From Octopus vulgaris (taxonomy: Eukaryota), in contig OX597814.1 in the NCBI GenBank assembly GCA_951406725.2, forward strand, positions 60,760,001-60,824,000: a stretch of DNA of 64,000 nt. The letters are read 5' to 3'. The translations under genes and the position numbers were made by a program. Each line of letters begins with the position of its first letter. Positions within the stretch are counted from its first letter, which is position 1. Below the pieces are notes generated by a model. It did no database searches. It saw nothing but the letters and a program-made list of their open reading frames with translations, and was not told the origin of the DNA. Shown piece after piece: positions 39,295 to 52,470 of this stretch.

Positions 39295-40126
39295 CAAGGT
39301 GGTATCAAAAAATTCTTGGACTAGTTCTGCAGCATGCCAACACATGGCAGAATGTAGTTGCATGCACACTAAGAGCTAGCAGTGACCTTCATGAGGCAGT
39401 GTGCTGAGTGACATTTGTCATGGACAGGAAAAAAGAGCCAATGTGAAATTATGCATTAAACTTAAGGAAGCCTGCTACATAAAAACTGAGCATGCTTCAG
39501 CAAGCTTACATCGACAAGGCAATGGGTCGTATGCAATGTTTCAAGTGGCATGGGCACTTCAAAAGCAGAAGGACATGCCTGAAAGACAATGATCAATCTG
39601 GAAGGCCAGCCACGAGCGTCAACCCCAGAAATGTGTTATTGTGCATCGAGAAGTCATCCACGAGGGCCAGACCATCAACAAAGAGTTCTACTGCGATGTT
39701 TTGAGACATTTGAATGAGGACATTCAGCAAAAGTGACTGGATCTGTGGAGTGCGAAGAACTGGATTCTTCACCGAGTTCTCCTCACTAGTGAGATTCTCA
39801 CCAAAAACAACAGGGTATTGTTTTCGCACCCACCCTATTCACCAGATTTAGCACCTGCAGACTTCCATCTCTTTCCCAAGATGAAAATACAGCTCAATGG
39901 TCAGTGTTTTAACACCATTGTCAAGATTCAGAGCAAATCGCAGAAAGTCCTCAACTCCCTTACAGAAAATTATTTTCAGCCTGGATTCCAAAAGCAGCAA
40001 GAATGCTGGGACTGGTATATTGCTACACAAGGGGACTATTTCAAAGGAGATGATGTTAAAACTTAGGTAAACAAATTGTTTTTTATTAAACATTTATTAA
40101 CCTGGAAATTTTTTGATATCACATCA
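39295..40126 (+). mobile_element. Internally deleted mariner (DD34D) transposon with TA TSD
   Basis: TA|caaggtggtatcaaaaaatt ... aattttttgatatcacatca|TA. Fragments include an N-terminal QEKRANVKLCIKL HTH region, SGRP and HPPYSPDLAPADFHLFPKMK...QGDYFKGD. Confidence 0.9.
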
Positions 40127-40592
40127 TAGGTTTGTGTGCACCCTTTTCTTGAGATCATATGATAGTTGTAAACATGCATCTCTGTCATACAAGCAGTGTT
40201 GTTCATTTCAAGTCTTCCATGAAAACTATGTCTGACCATGGAGAAATGTTATCTTGCTTGGAAACAAGTGAATGTTGGTGGCAGGAAAAGCACGTACTCA
40301 TAGAAAATCTGCCTTAGTTAATTCCATCTGACCCGTGTAAGCATGGAAAAGTAGATGTTAACTGATAATGAATGAATGATGAAGGATTCCCATTCCATTT
40401 CCATTACAGAAGCAAAACTTTAAACAAATTTACACACAAAAGACTATTTAAAAGCCATCAACTGCTCAATGATACAATTACATCAAATTTGGAAAATTAT
40501 TAGAGAAGGTCTGAGGCCTACAGTGAACACCAAAGTGCAAACTGCCTTGTTGCTGACCCCTGGTCTAAGTTTTTAGATGAGAGTAACTTAAT

Positions 40593-40980
40593 AGGCATGA
40601 CCATGTGGTAAGTTTGTGTCCCAACCACATGGTTCCAGGTTCAGTCCCACTATGTGGCACCTCGGTGAATGTCTCTACTATTGCCTCAGGCTAACCAAAG
40701 CATCATGAATAGATCTGGTAGACAGAACTGAGAGAAACCCATCGTGTGTGTATGTGTGTGTGCATGCATGTATGTGTGTCTTTGTCTCCCACCACTGCTT
40801 GACAGTCAGTAGTGTTGTGTTTACATTCCCATAACCTAGCAGTTCAGCAAAATAGTCTAGAACAAGTACTACGCTTTAAAAAAATATATAAAATACAGGG
40901 GCCAATTAGTTCAACTAAAATTCTTCAAGGCAGTGCTCCAGCATGGCTGCTGTCTAATGATTGAAATGAGGAAAAGATGA
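40593..40980 (+). mobile_element. tRNA-derived SINE, family A
   Basis: ccaaccacatggttccaggttcagtcccactatgtggcacc ... gtgctccagcatggctgc. Confidence 0.82.
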
Positions 40981-41039
40981 AGATATTCATTACATTTTAA
41001 GATTAATTCAATGAATTCAAGAACAAACCAACATTGAAT

Positions 41040-41590
41040 AATTCAAGTACTTGGGTGCCAACACTTCTTTATATGTCTCCACACAAACCAGTCAAACCTG
41101 ATGAGGGCTATCCACTCTCTTTGAAAAGACTTAACTGCTCCAATCAACAGATCAACTAAAATCAGGGTTTTCAAAGCCACTGTGAGATCAATCCTTGTTT
41201 ATAACTCAGGGTCACAAAACCTGACATCTGCACTGACAAGGAAGTTAGAGGGTAATTTTACCTGTCTCTTGCATATTGCCCTTAATACCTCTTGGCAATT
41301 ATACACAACTAACAAGATCTTATAAAGATGTCTTCCAAAGATTTCAACTGTCATAAGAAAGCATCGTCTAGCTCTTGCTGGACATGTAATGAGACATAAT
41401 GAAGCTGCTTCAAGAGTTTTGTTATGGTCCCCCAATGATACACATAGACGTGGTCGCCTGAACCTGACCCTCAAGAAAATCATTGAGGAATATGCTGGAC
41501 TACATGGTAGTGTCTTGATAAACATGATGCAAGGCTGCGACACATGGCGGAACCTTGTAGTGTCACCAAATGGAGTTGGATGACTGTGTG
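41040..41590 (+). mobile_element. 3' fragment of an RTE-like LINE
   Basis: ttcaagtacttgggt (FKYLG), KIRVFKATVRSILVY and RLALAGHVMRH..LLWSP..RRGR are typical post-RT C-terminal motifs. Confidence 0.7.
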
Positions 41591-41761
41591 CAAAATTAAT
41601 TACATTCTTTTTCCCATCATTACAAGAACATGAAGGTTTTAATCACTATTTTACTTTTCTTCCAGGTTCTTTTTAAATAAATTTAGATTTTTCCCAATAT
41701 ATCCCTCTGTCTGGTTTATCAAATGATATTCCAATGACTTCACTGTCATGACATCTCTGCT

Positions 41762-41952
41762 TCATCATCATCATCGTTTAGCGTCCGCTTTCCATGCTGG
41801 CATGGGTTGGACGGTTCAACTGGGGTCTGGGAAGCCAGAAGGCTGCACCAGGCCCAGTCTAATCTGGCAATGTTTCTACGGCTGGATGCCCTTCCTAATG
41901 CCAACTACTCCATGAGTGTAGTGGGTGCTTTTTACATGCCACCGGCACAGGT
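41762..41952 (-). mobile_element. SINE family B (young-looking copy)
   Basis: catcatcatcatcgtttagcgtccgctttccatgctggcatgggttggacggttcaactggggtctgggaagcc; CpGs are retained. Confidence 0.88.
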
Positions 41953-43476
41953 GCTTAAATCCCTAAATACATTTAGCTCTCCCCATCATCATGAATCCCA
42001 CTTTTACACTTCATGCAGCCTCCTTCTTTCTCTAGCCTTGCACTCGTGTAAAAATATGCACCTTCCCCTAGCAACTGTGTTTCTGCTCCACACTGAGCTA
42101 GCATCCTGTACTAATAATGATGGTATTGATGATGAAGTTGATAACAAAATTAATGATGATGTTAATGACAATCATATGATAGTGTTGATGATGATGATGG
42201 AGATGACAACAATGATACTAAGATGATGATGACAATGTTTATGATGATGATCATAATCATCATCATAATAATAATACTGTTAAAAAAGCAATAAGTTTAA
42301 GCCTATTTGACCAGAAATTATATCAATACCAACATTTTATTATATTTGGAAATTTTAAAAAATGCTAAAAACAATAAACAGAAAAAAATTGTGTTAGCAA
42401 ACATCCAGAATATAAAACAAAGCGAAATCTAATGATAATGCTGGCCATGATCAAAATAGCAAGCGTAGAGGCAGAGACGGCAAACTGTTAGTTGATCTCC
42501 CAAGAGAGTTCAAGATGCATGTGGTTTCTGTAAGGAAGGCAGCAAGTCGATATGAACAATAGCAATATGAAGAAAAACAATAACAATTTTTGAGGAGCTA
42601 TCACAAAAAGTATTCCCACAAAGTAAGGAGAATCCAGTGTGACATGTCAGTTGTGTTCGAAAAAAAATCTAAACAACAGATTTAGAAGAGACGTGGCTGT
42701 GGGGTAAGAAGTTTCTTCCTACCCACATGATCCCGGGTTCAGTCCCACCTAGGAGAAGTGTCTTTTATTATAGATTCAGGTAGACCAAAGCCTTGTGAGT
42801 GAATTTGGTAAATGGAAAGTGAAAGAAGCCTGGTGTGTGTGTGTGTGTGTGTGTGTGTATAGTAAATCCAAAAACACAAAGAACAAACACAAAAAACAAT
42901 GTGAGGACATGGTACATGTAAAGTATTAGCAGACACTCAGGGAAGGAAAGATGGTTTAATGTTTCAAGCTCTTCTTCAGTAACAGAGGAAAGTCCAATAG
43001 AAAAGGAAGTCAGAGGAAGAAAATCGCCAACGATTCACATGTGGTTACATTTTGAAATGTGTGTGTGTGTGTGTATTTATCTATGTGTGTGTCTGTGTAT
43101 GTGTTTGTCTCCCACCACTGCTTGACAACTGATGTTGGTATGCTTACATCCCTGTCACTTAGCAGTTCAGCAAAAGAGACTGATAGAATAAGCTCCAGGC
43201 TTAAAAAAAAAAAGAAATGAAGTACTGGATTCAATTAGTTTGACTAAAATTTCGCAAGGCAGTGCCCCAGCATGGCCAGGGACTAATGCCTGAAATATGA
43301 AAAAGATAAAGATAGTTGGTGAAGTAAAGCCAATTATAACTAAGACTATGGGTGTGATAAGAGAGAAGGAACAAATCCTGACTGTATATCAAATGAATTT
43401 AGGAAGAATTTCTTTCTGGGTGTGTGTTGGGAACAGGCATGCTTAAAATAAGAGATAAAATATTTAACCTTATAGA

Positions 43477-43680
43477 TGCAGGTGTGGTTGTGTGATAAGA
43501 AGTTTGCTTCTCAACCACATGGTTCCAGGTTCAGTCCCACTGCGTGGCACCTTGGGCAAGTGTCTTTTAATATTGCCTCAAGCCGACCAAAGATTTGTGA
43601 GTGGATTTGGTAGACAGAAACTGAAAGGAGTCTGTCATATATGTGTGTGTGCGTGTATCTTTGTGTTCGTCCCCCATCAC
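43477..43680 (+). mobile_element. tRNA-derived SINE, family A (5' half)
   Basis: gcaggtgtggttgtgtgataagaagtttgcttctcaaccacatggttccaggttcagtcccactgcgtggcaccttgggcaagtgtc. Confidence 0.82.
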
Positions 43681-43699
43681 TAGTAAAAGACAGATTAAT

Positions 43700-45800
43700 G
43701 TCTGGTAATAAGAGGGCAGTCATGGACATGATTTCTGGCTAAACAGCCTTCATCAGTATGAGAATTGCCCAGCTTTATCTCCAGTAGCCAAGGGATTTGG
43801 ACTATGAACAAATTTTCTTTCAGTGAATGGAAAATACAACTAATGAGTTGAGCTCCTTTGAAAATATTGGACAAATCTGCAAGGCAACAGAATATGTACC
43901 AACATTATCCCCATTGCAGAAGGTTTTGAATGTAGAGCTTCTTGTAATTATACAGGTAAGCACAAGGAAAAACCAATAGCACAACCACATGAATTTCAGT
44001 GTGACCAAGGAAAATAATGTGCAATCTATCATGTTGGATTCTGCAAAGATGTAATATTAGTCATGGATAAAATGAGCTTAAACTCAGTAACAAGCCTTGA
44101 AAGATTCCCCCTAAATCATGTAAAAAGGATTTAACAAAAGCCACAGCATGTATTTTTCCAATGTTTCCATGCATGTGGTACACTCCCTACAAAAAAAAAA
44201 TTGAAGTAGACATATGCTCTATTCATAATGAAAAAAAGAGCAAATATCCTCTTACTTCACATATCAGGAAAGCTATGGAACTAGAGAAAAATTGATTACA
44301 TTCTTGGAAGAAAAACTAATGCAGCTTCTGAATAGGGGTGGCATGCTGCCTTACACATCTACAACAATATGACTCAGTATTGAAAAGATTCACTCATTTA
44401 AATGTCGATGTGAGATGTATCTTCCATTTGCAAAAACCATCTAAAAGTCAAATGATATACCATAAACTTTGTTATCCTGGCATATCTGGAAAACCAGGCA
44501 AGTGACTGCACAATGTTTTTAAAAATTAAATGTCAAGCAAGTGTGGATGTCAGTCCCCTCTCAAATGGGACATCAGTTCCAAGTGGAATCCTATTTTGGG
44601 GCTATTTTTGTTTGATCTGTGCCTCCCAGGCATGCTATCAGTTATACAGTCATTCCCACCAACTATACTGACAATGTAAAATTATCACAAGCAATCAAGA
44701 ACTCTGGTGATACCACAAATGTACAGTGAAGCTTAAATGCAATATACAACTGGGTTGAAGAAGGCAACCAGTAAGTCAATTTTGGAAAATGTCAAGCACT
44801 TAGTTATCAGCCAAAAGATATATTATAATTTAGAAACACATGATTGGGAGAGATTGCAATACCAAAGTCACATCAGTGTGGAAAGTGGAAATCATAGTGA
44901 GAAATGATGCATCATCCTATGAGGTTATCAAATGAATAGAATGATGCAGCATTACTCATATTGATTCCTAGATCATACACTGATGTGTAGATTGTTGGTA
45001 GGATGGATCCTGAAATCATTCAGAGTGACAAAAGAGGAAACTAGGTTGATACTGTGGAAAACATTCTTAGTCATCTGAACTATTGTTCCTAATTATAGTT
45101 GCCAAATAGTATCAAACTAAAAGCAATCTTGCAATCCAACACTGTTACATCCAAGAAGATTGCTTGAGTGTAATAGATGAGTTGCTTGGAAAGGCTGAAA
45201 AAAGTGAGGCTGTACTCTCTTGGGTGAAGACATATAAGATATGCAGTGAAATATACATGGAAGATCTTAGAGAGTCTAGCAGCACACTGTGGCAATGAAA
45301 GCTACATTGACACCACTTCATAGCACCAATGATCCTATCCTTCTCATCCAAAGTTAGGACCAGTTACTGCAACAACTTTGTTTTCAAAGGCCACAACACT
45401 TCAATATCTGACCAAAATGGTTTAGCCCTTTAGCATTTAAACTGGTCATAACCAGCACTAATATTCTATGTGTTTTATGCTAAAACTGACCAGACCCAAC
45501 CTCTCACACCTCCCCTACAATGCCATTCTAAAGATATATAATGGCGTCGTTGAAAGCTTGAAGCCAGAAGATAATGCATGATTAATTCAAAACAATGCAA
45601 ATAAATAACTTTTATATTTGACAAAAAAATCTGAATGCTAAAGGGTTAGAGAATCTACATGAAACAGATATAGGAGTTTTTAAGAAACACCTTAACATAT
45701 TTCTATCAAAGATCCCAGATGAATGAACATCAGCCAAGAAACACTAATGAAGGTAACAGCATCAAACTCTCTCATTCACCAAGAACCTTTAATAGAAGGA
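43700..45800 (+). mobile_element. Heavily decayed CR1/L2-group LINE remnant, interrupted by a MITE
   Basis: Only decayed motif remnants (GTSVPSGILFWG resembling GVPQGSVLG; YTDNVKL resembling YADDTKL; a 3' KFLSKIPDE-like segment) with many stops. Confidence 0.55.
45426..45645. mobile_element. piggyBac-type MITE with TTAG direct repeats
   Basis: TTAG|ccctttagcatt ... aatgctaaaggg|TTAG; same family as 20835-21031. Confidence 0.82.
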
Positions 45801-46210
45801 AAGTCAAAATGAAAGTAATATTGAAGGTAATGCCAAGGATGGCTGCAGCAGACAAGCTGGCTGGAAGAGGCAAAGGAATAAAATAATAAAAGATCATCCA
45901 AGATTATCATATGTGTGTGTGTGTGTGTGTTTATATGTGTGTGTGTGTGTTTATATATATGTATGTATATTTGTCTGAGTTTGACCCCACTACCACCACC
46001 ATCGCTCAACACCCAATGCTGGTATGCTTATGTCCCCATAACTTAGCAGTTTGGTAAAAGAGACTGATAGAATAGGGAATATGAAACTCTAAGTAACAGT
46101 TTTTGTGATGTGTTTGCAGCTTTATTCAAAAAGCATATTACTCTACCTCCAGTATTCGAGTACTATTTTTTACACTTTGTTTTACTTACATTTATGTGCC
46201 TACTTTGGCA

Positions 46211-46212
<2 letters not shown>

Positions 46213-46254
<42 letters not shown>

Positions 46255-46309
46255 CATACATATATGTGCGTGTGTGTGTATATATATATATATACATACA
46301 TATATGTCC

Positions 46310-46348
<39 letters not shown>

Positions 46349-46412
46349 CATACATATATGTCCGTGTGTGTGTGTGTGTGTGCGTATATATATATATGTG
46401 TGTGTGTGTGTG
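46213..46412. repeat. Compound microsatellite repeated three times
   Basis: The block (ta)n catacatatatgt(g/c)cg (tg)n occurs three times in tandem. Confidence 0.88.
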
Positions 46413-46598
46413 TTGGTGGCACATAAAAAGCACCCACTACACTCACGGAGTGGTTGCGTTAGGAAGGGCATCCAGCTGTAGAAACACTGCCAGATCTGAC
46501 TGGCCTGGTGCAGCCTTCGGGCTTCCCAGACCCCAGTTGAACCGTCCAACCCATGCTACCATGGAAAGCGGACGTTAAACGATGATGATGATGATGAT
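46413..46598 (+). mobile_element. SINE family B
   Basis: tggtggcacataaaaagcacccactacactc...ggaaagcggacgttaaac followed by (gat)n. Confidence 0.88.
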
Positions 46599-46684
46599 AT
46601 ATATATGTGTGTATATTTGTATTTATGCATATATATGTGAGTATATATATATATATATATAAACACATACAAACATACATACAG

Positions 46685-47500
46685 TTCTTCATACAGCTGT
46701 CCTCGTCCATACGCATCACATGACCAGACCAGTGCAGTCGTCTCTCTTGTGCACCACATCTGATGCCTCTTATGCCCAACTTTACTCTCAAGATGCTAAC
46801 ACTGTTGTACATTGCACATCCAGCAAAGCATACTTGTTTCATTTCTTTCAACCCTTTGAATGTCCTCAGCAGTCACAGTCCATGTTTTACTACCATGTAT
46901 CATGGCTGTTCGCAAACAGGCATTGTACAATCTGCCTTTCACACTGAAGGAGAGGCCCTTTGTTACCAACAGAGGTAGGAGTTCCCTGAACTTTGCCCAA
47001 CCTATTCTTATTCTAGTAGCTATGCTCTCGGAGCATACTGACTTCATCACCTAGGTAAAGGAAGCTATCAACTACTTCTAGTTTCTTCCCCTGGCATTTG
47101 AGGGAGTCTATTTTTAGTGTTTATTGTACCTGTGCACCTTCCACAAACAAAAACTATTTTCACTGTTAACCTTTCTCTGATATTGCTGCACTTCTTATGT
47201 GTCCATAACTTACACCGGGTGCATCTTATGGAGTTACTACCAACACCTTTTCTACAGATCGAACAGTGTCATCTACTTGAAGGGACTTGTGATTTGTCTG
47301 CTCCTCTATTTACTAAAACTTTGGTTTTTGCTAGATTAACTCTAAGGCCCTTTGATTCTAGACCTTGCTTCAATGCCTGAAATTTCTTCTCTAGTTCTAA
47401 TCGTGATTCAGCTATATGGACAAGGTCATCAGCATAGAGGAGCTCCAAGGGCAGCCTGTCTTAAATTCCTCTGTTATTGCCTGGAGGACTATGATGGACA
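46685..47500 (-). mobile_element. RTE-clade LINE fragment (RT C-half and C-terminus)
   Basis: ELLYADDL (tcatcagcatagaggagctc on the + strand), RIRIGWAKFRELLPLL..KGRLYNACLRTAMIHGSKTW and RRLHWSGHVMRMDE. Confidence 0.85.
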
Positions 47501-47871
47501 AGAGGGGTTGGCTGTAGAAACCATGCCAAATTAGACTGAAATCTGGTGCAGCTCCCCAGCTAACCAGTTTTCAGACAAACCATCCAACCCATGCTAGCAT
47601 GGAAAATGTATGCTAAATGATGAGTATGATGATGATAAGTAGATAGATAGATCAATCATATACCACTACACACTACCCTACACCTCCACATACTACCACT
47701 GACAGCCCTCACCCACCCACACTCACCACTATCATATTACATCAGTACACACTACCATAACATGTACTCCTACCACGACCACCACTGCTATAAAACCATA
47801 GTCTACAAGCACCACCCCACTCAACAAACAGATTTGCTTCATATCATAGTTTGATTTCTTTTTGCTTTTTC

Positions 47872-47907
<36 letters not shown>

Positions 47908-48685
47908 TCAGGCTTTCACATTATCTTAAAGCTTAATTACATTTTGAAACATCAGCAAGAGCAATAAATAAAAAGAAAAGAAGCCATAAAACTCTGCAGA
48001 AAATGTTTAAATCCTCCTTCTCCTCCTCTCTCTTTCCTACACAAACTCAAATACATCACATACACACACTCACTCACATCAAAAACACACATACACCTAC
48101 ACAGCTATAGATCATGCAAGTCAAAGAAAGGTTGGTGGAGTAGAGTGCAAGGGGAAAAAAAAGAAACAAATTACAATACAAAACAAAACAAAAAAAAAGA
48201 GAAAAAAACTCAGTTTACTTCAGATATTCTGTTATTTAGGAAATATCCATCAAAACTGAATTTACAAGCTTTGTTTAGAGATTAAGAGAGAAGGATGAAA
48301 CAAAAAAAATAAAATGCAAGAGAAACAGGTTTCAGATAGGAAAAATCAATGTAACTTGCTGATAATTTTACAACTTAACTAACTATATCTATCTATATCT
48401 GACTTTCTCTTAATAAACAAAACAAAAATACCAGTCAACTACTAGCTCAATAAAATCGACTAATCACCATCTCCACCCCCAAACCTCCATAATCTGTGGC
48501 CTTGTGCCTATGTTTAGAGATCAATATTATTTATGAGAGGGAGGGAGGGAGCAAGGGAGGAAGAAGAAAGGCAATGAAAGACAGAGTCAATCAGGTCAAT
48601 GGAATAAGTACCTACCAAATAGTGGGACTGGTAATTAACTAACTGTGCCTTCTTCCATGATATTTTTATCTTGCACTAATGATAG

Positions 48686-48983
48686 GTGGCGGCATGTGGC
48701 TTAGTAGTTAGGGTGTTGGACTCACGATTGTAAAATTGTGGTTTCGGTTTCCGGACCAGGTGATGCATTGTGTTCTTGAGCAAGATACTTCACTTCATGT
48801 AGCTCCAGACAACTCAGCTGTAGAAATGAGTACTGCTGGTGGAGGTGCATTGCTTAGTGGTTAGGATGTTGGATTCACGGCTGTAAAATTGTGGTTTCAA
48901 TCCCTGGACAGGGTGATTCATTGTATTCTTGAGCAAAACACTTCATTTCACATTGCTCCAGTTCACTCAGCTGTAGAAATGAG
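48686..48983 (+). mobile_element. Two tandem heads of a family C SINE
   Basis: ggcttagtagttagggtgttggactcacgattgtaaaattgtggtttc...ttcttgagcaa(g/a)a(t/c)acttca...cagctgtagaaatgagt is repeated at about 150-bp spacing. Confidence 0.85.
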
Positions 48984-49199
48984 TTTAGCCTGGAGAGGGA
49001 TGTGCTCCACCAGGCTTTCTCACCCTAGATATGCTACATGGCCGCAGTGCCCCAATGGGGATTAAAAGGACTTGTCAAGTGCCAAATGATAGAAATCTTG
49101 GGAACCATTTGGCCAAAAGTGGAAAACTTGTAGATCTGTAGCACTTAGTTCCAATTTTACATACTGCATTCGAATTTTTGTGAAGCAAGCTTTACTTTT

Positions 49200-49385
49200 C
49201 ATCTCTTTGCAGTTGTCATTGTTGTCATTTCTGTCATCATCCTCCACACCATCATTGTTATCATCCTTGTCCTCATCATCGCCTTCGTGACCATCATCAT
49301 TATCGTCATTATCATCATCATCATAGTCATCATTATCATCGACATCATTGTCATTATTGGCATCATCATCATCATCATCATTTAA
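49200..49385. repeat. Degenerate (CAT)n trinucleotide repeat
   Basis: A tca/tcg/tta/ttg triplet run that produces the poly-Asp and poly-Met ORFs on the minus strand. Confidence 0.9.
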
Positions 49386-49469
49386 CATTTATTTTCCATG
49401 CTGGCATGGGTTTACCAGTTTGACAGGATTTGATGGGTGGCAAGGGCTGCACCAAGTTACAGTGTTAGT

Positions 49470-51847
49470 TCCATTCAACCAACTCGCTTCAGAGTCAGCC
49501 CATTGGCACAACATTTGCCAACCCATCCATCAATGAGAACAGTAATTGCCTGCTGCTCCTATGCTGCTACAATAATCTCTCTATTGCTGACACCTGGTTC
49601 CCTTGTAAATCTATCCATCACTGGACTTAGTACAGCCTGGACAGCTACACCAAGAAGACAATCAACCACATCATCATCTCCTGTAGCTGGAGGTCATTTG
49701 TCACTAACTGCCGGGTCTACAGAAGAGCTCAACTTGGCAATACCAGTCACCCTTTGCTGGCTGCAACACTTAAGCTGAAGTTGCAAGCAGACCCTGCCAC
49801 CAAGTACCAGCCCAACCCTGTCTCATCCTATCTCCATAACCCAACATTGCCTCTACATTCAATTGCTCCATCACCAATCACTTCAGCATCCTGGCCAAGG
49901 ATGAGACTGACAACTAGGAGATCTGTCAATCATGTGTCAACCAGTCTGCATGTGATGTCCTGATAAACTCAAGACTTCTTTCCAAATGGCCCTGTATTTC
50001 ATTGCAGATGCAGGAGAAAAACAACTGTAGCCACAAGGCTTACCTACAAGGTCATCACAGATGACTGAGAGAAGTTCTGGGAGGAAGAAGCTGGGTGCTT
50101 GGAGGCAGCAGCAAGGAACAATGACATCAGCCATGAGTTCAACATGCTCTGCAAAGCTTGTGCCCTGGTGAAGGATATTAATGGCCGTCTTCACTATGGA
50201 AACTGCCCACCTTGGACACCAGAAGGAGCACTTGTCTTCTTCATCCAATCAATTCCAGTCTAACCGTCATCACAGACACAGCGGCAACTAACAATACTTG
50301 CAGACTTTATGTTGTCACTCCAGAAAATGTCAGTACTGCTCTGAAGAAGCTCAACAATTGCAAATCCCCTAGAATCTGCACTACTACCATGAAGATGTTG
50401 AAAGTGGGTAGACAAAACATGACCCAATGGTTCATGCGTATCATCAATCATGTATAGATGTCAGAGCTGCTCCCAAATGACCAAGCTTGGGGCATCAACT
50501 CCCCCTTCTGAAAACAGAAGGGTGACAAATTTGACTGCAACAACCACAAGGGCATCACCCTCCTCTCCATCCTAGGCAGGCTCTTCACAAGGATCCTCTT
50601 CAGTCATGCTCTTCTTGCCATTAGAAGCAGATGCCACCCAAAATAAGCCAGGTTCATGCCAAATTAATCTACAGCTAGCCATATTTTTGCCCTTAATCTC
50701 ATTTTTGAAAGATCTCGGGAGTTCTGCAAGGATCACCACCTCTACATTGCTTTTATCAACCTCAAGGCAGCATTCAACAGTCAACCACACAACCCTTTGG
50801 AAAATTTTCAAGCTCATCAGCAAGCCTCCCATGAACACCACCCTGTTCTAATGGTGAGGGCTGCATGCTGGAGAACAGGAAGGACTCCGACTAGTTTGCC
50901 ATCAACAGTGGTGTCAAATAGGACTGTGTGGCCACACCTGACCTTTTCAACTGTGTCATCAATTATCCAATAACCAAGATCTATGAGCAAATTTTAGGCA
51001 TCAACTTCCGGAAATACCACCTTACAAAACTAGAGTATGCAAATGATACTACACTATTCAACAACTTGATCAACCAGCTCAGAGGTACACTGACCATTTA
51101 CTGAGAGTAATCAGCAAAGTTAAGCCTTCAGGTAAGTTGGGTGAAGACCAAGCTGATGCATGTTGACCTCGATCCTCCTCCACTCCATATTGAGCCCAAT
51201 GTCAAGGAGTTTGTCAGTTCCTTCATCTACCTGGGCTCCACAGTCCCCAACAATGGAGACCTGGCCCCAGAGATCAACCGCAGATATGATCCAGTCACCA
51301 GGGTCATATACTCCCAATGGAAGCCCATCTGGTGCCACTGTTCTATATCCCAGAATACAAAGCTCTGCATCTACAATGCATTGGTCCTCTCACTTCTCCA
51401 TGGAGCAGAAATGTGGCCCCTCACTAAGACCCTGACAAAGAGGATCAATGGCTTTAATACAGAGTGCTGAGAACCATCAAGAATGTCAGATGGTACCATC
51501 ACGTTTCCAATGAAGAACTGCATACATCAGCCCACAGCCTCCCACTTCTGCTGCATACACTGGAATGGACATGTCCTCTGCCTCTCTCCAGATCATGCTA
51601 CCAGGGCCTTACTCTCACTCAGCACAGCAGCTGCAGACTGGAAGAGGACTCGCGGGAAGCCCTGCACAAGATGACTGGATGTGATTAAGGAAGATCTCCA
51701 TGTCATCTAGGAGGATGCAGTGGCGATGGCACAGGACCACCAGAATGGGGAGCACAGGTGAATATGGTCGGCTCTATGCACGATGATGCCTCTAAGACCA
51801 CTAAACTGGGATGATCCCAGACCCACCAAGCAAGAGCATGAAGCAAG
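49470..51847 (+). mobile_element. Degenerate RTE-clade LINE (APE C-terminus + RT + C-terminus)
   Basis: TINHIII..VYRRAQLGNTSHPLLAATLKLKL (end of APE), KGDKFDCNNHKGITLLSILGRLF, FINLKAAFNS, LEYANDT, FIYLGS..GDLAPEINRR, TKLCIYNALVLSLLHGAEMW and WKRTRGKP. Many stops and frameshifts. Confidence 0.88.
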
Positions 51848-51859
51848 GAAAAAGCATAT

Positions 51860-52470
51860 TTCACAATATTTATATTATCTTACAATGATATTTCATTCTA
51901 CAGTATTTATATTATACTACCATACTATTCTCTTCCACAATATTAATGTTGTACTTAGATGATATTTCACAATATCTATATTGTACTGCTACGATATTCC
52001 TTTCCACAATTTTAATGATGTTTTGTGATGATATTCCTCAATATATAGATTATATTGTTACAATACTACACAACATTTATACTATACTATTATAACATTC
52101 CATTGTAGAATACTTACACTATCCTGCTACAATATTCTATTCCACAATATGTATACTACATTGCTAAAATATTCCATGATATTTATAAAACACTGCTTAA
52201 ATATTCCACAATATTTATACTACATTACTATGCTATTTCATTTTTCCATATTTATTCTATATTACGATAATATTTCACAATATTTACACTATAATGCTAT
52301 GGTATTCAATAGTATTCCATTACATTCAAGTTGTACTCTTTCACAAAATTTTGCTATAGTATTCAAACACAATTATACTATGCTGTCATACCATTCCACC
52401 ACTTTTATGCTGTACTATTCCATTACATTTATTCTATTCTATTCCACCAAATTTATGCTATATTCTATAG
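51860..52470. repeat. Decayed AT-rich minisatellite-like tract
   Basis: Recurrent tattccacaatatttatattatact-like motif roughly every 30-35 bp. Confidence 0.7.

Noticed and set aside
41098-41130. ctgatga heptamer matching the hammerhead core
   Set aside because: It lies within LINE coding remnant sequence with no matching stem II and GAAAC-loop-GTH arrangement.
49062-49388. Asp-rich 108-aa ORF resembling acidic biomineralisation proteins
   Set aside because: It is an expanded, decayed (GAT)n tail of a family B SINE, with no signal peptide or exon structure.
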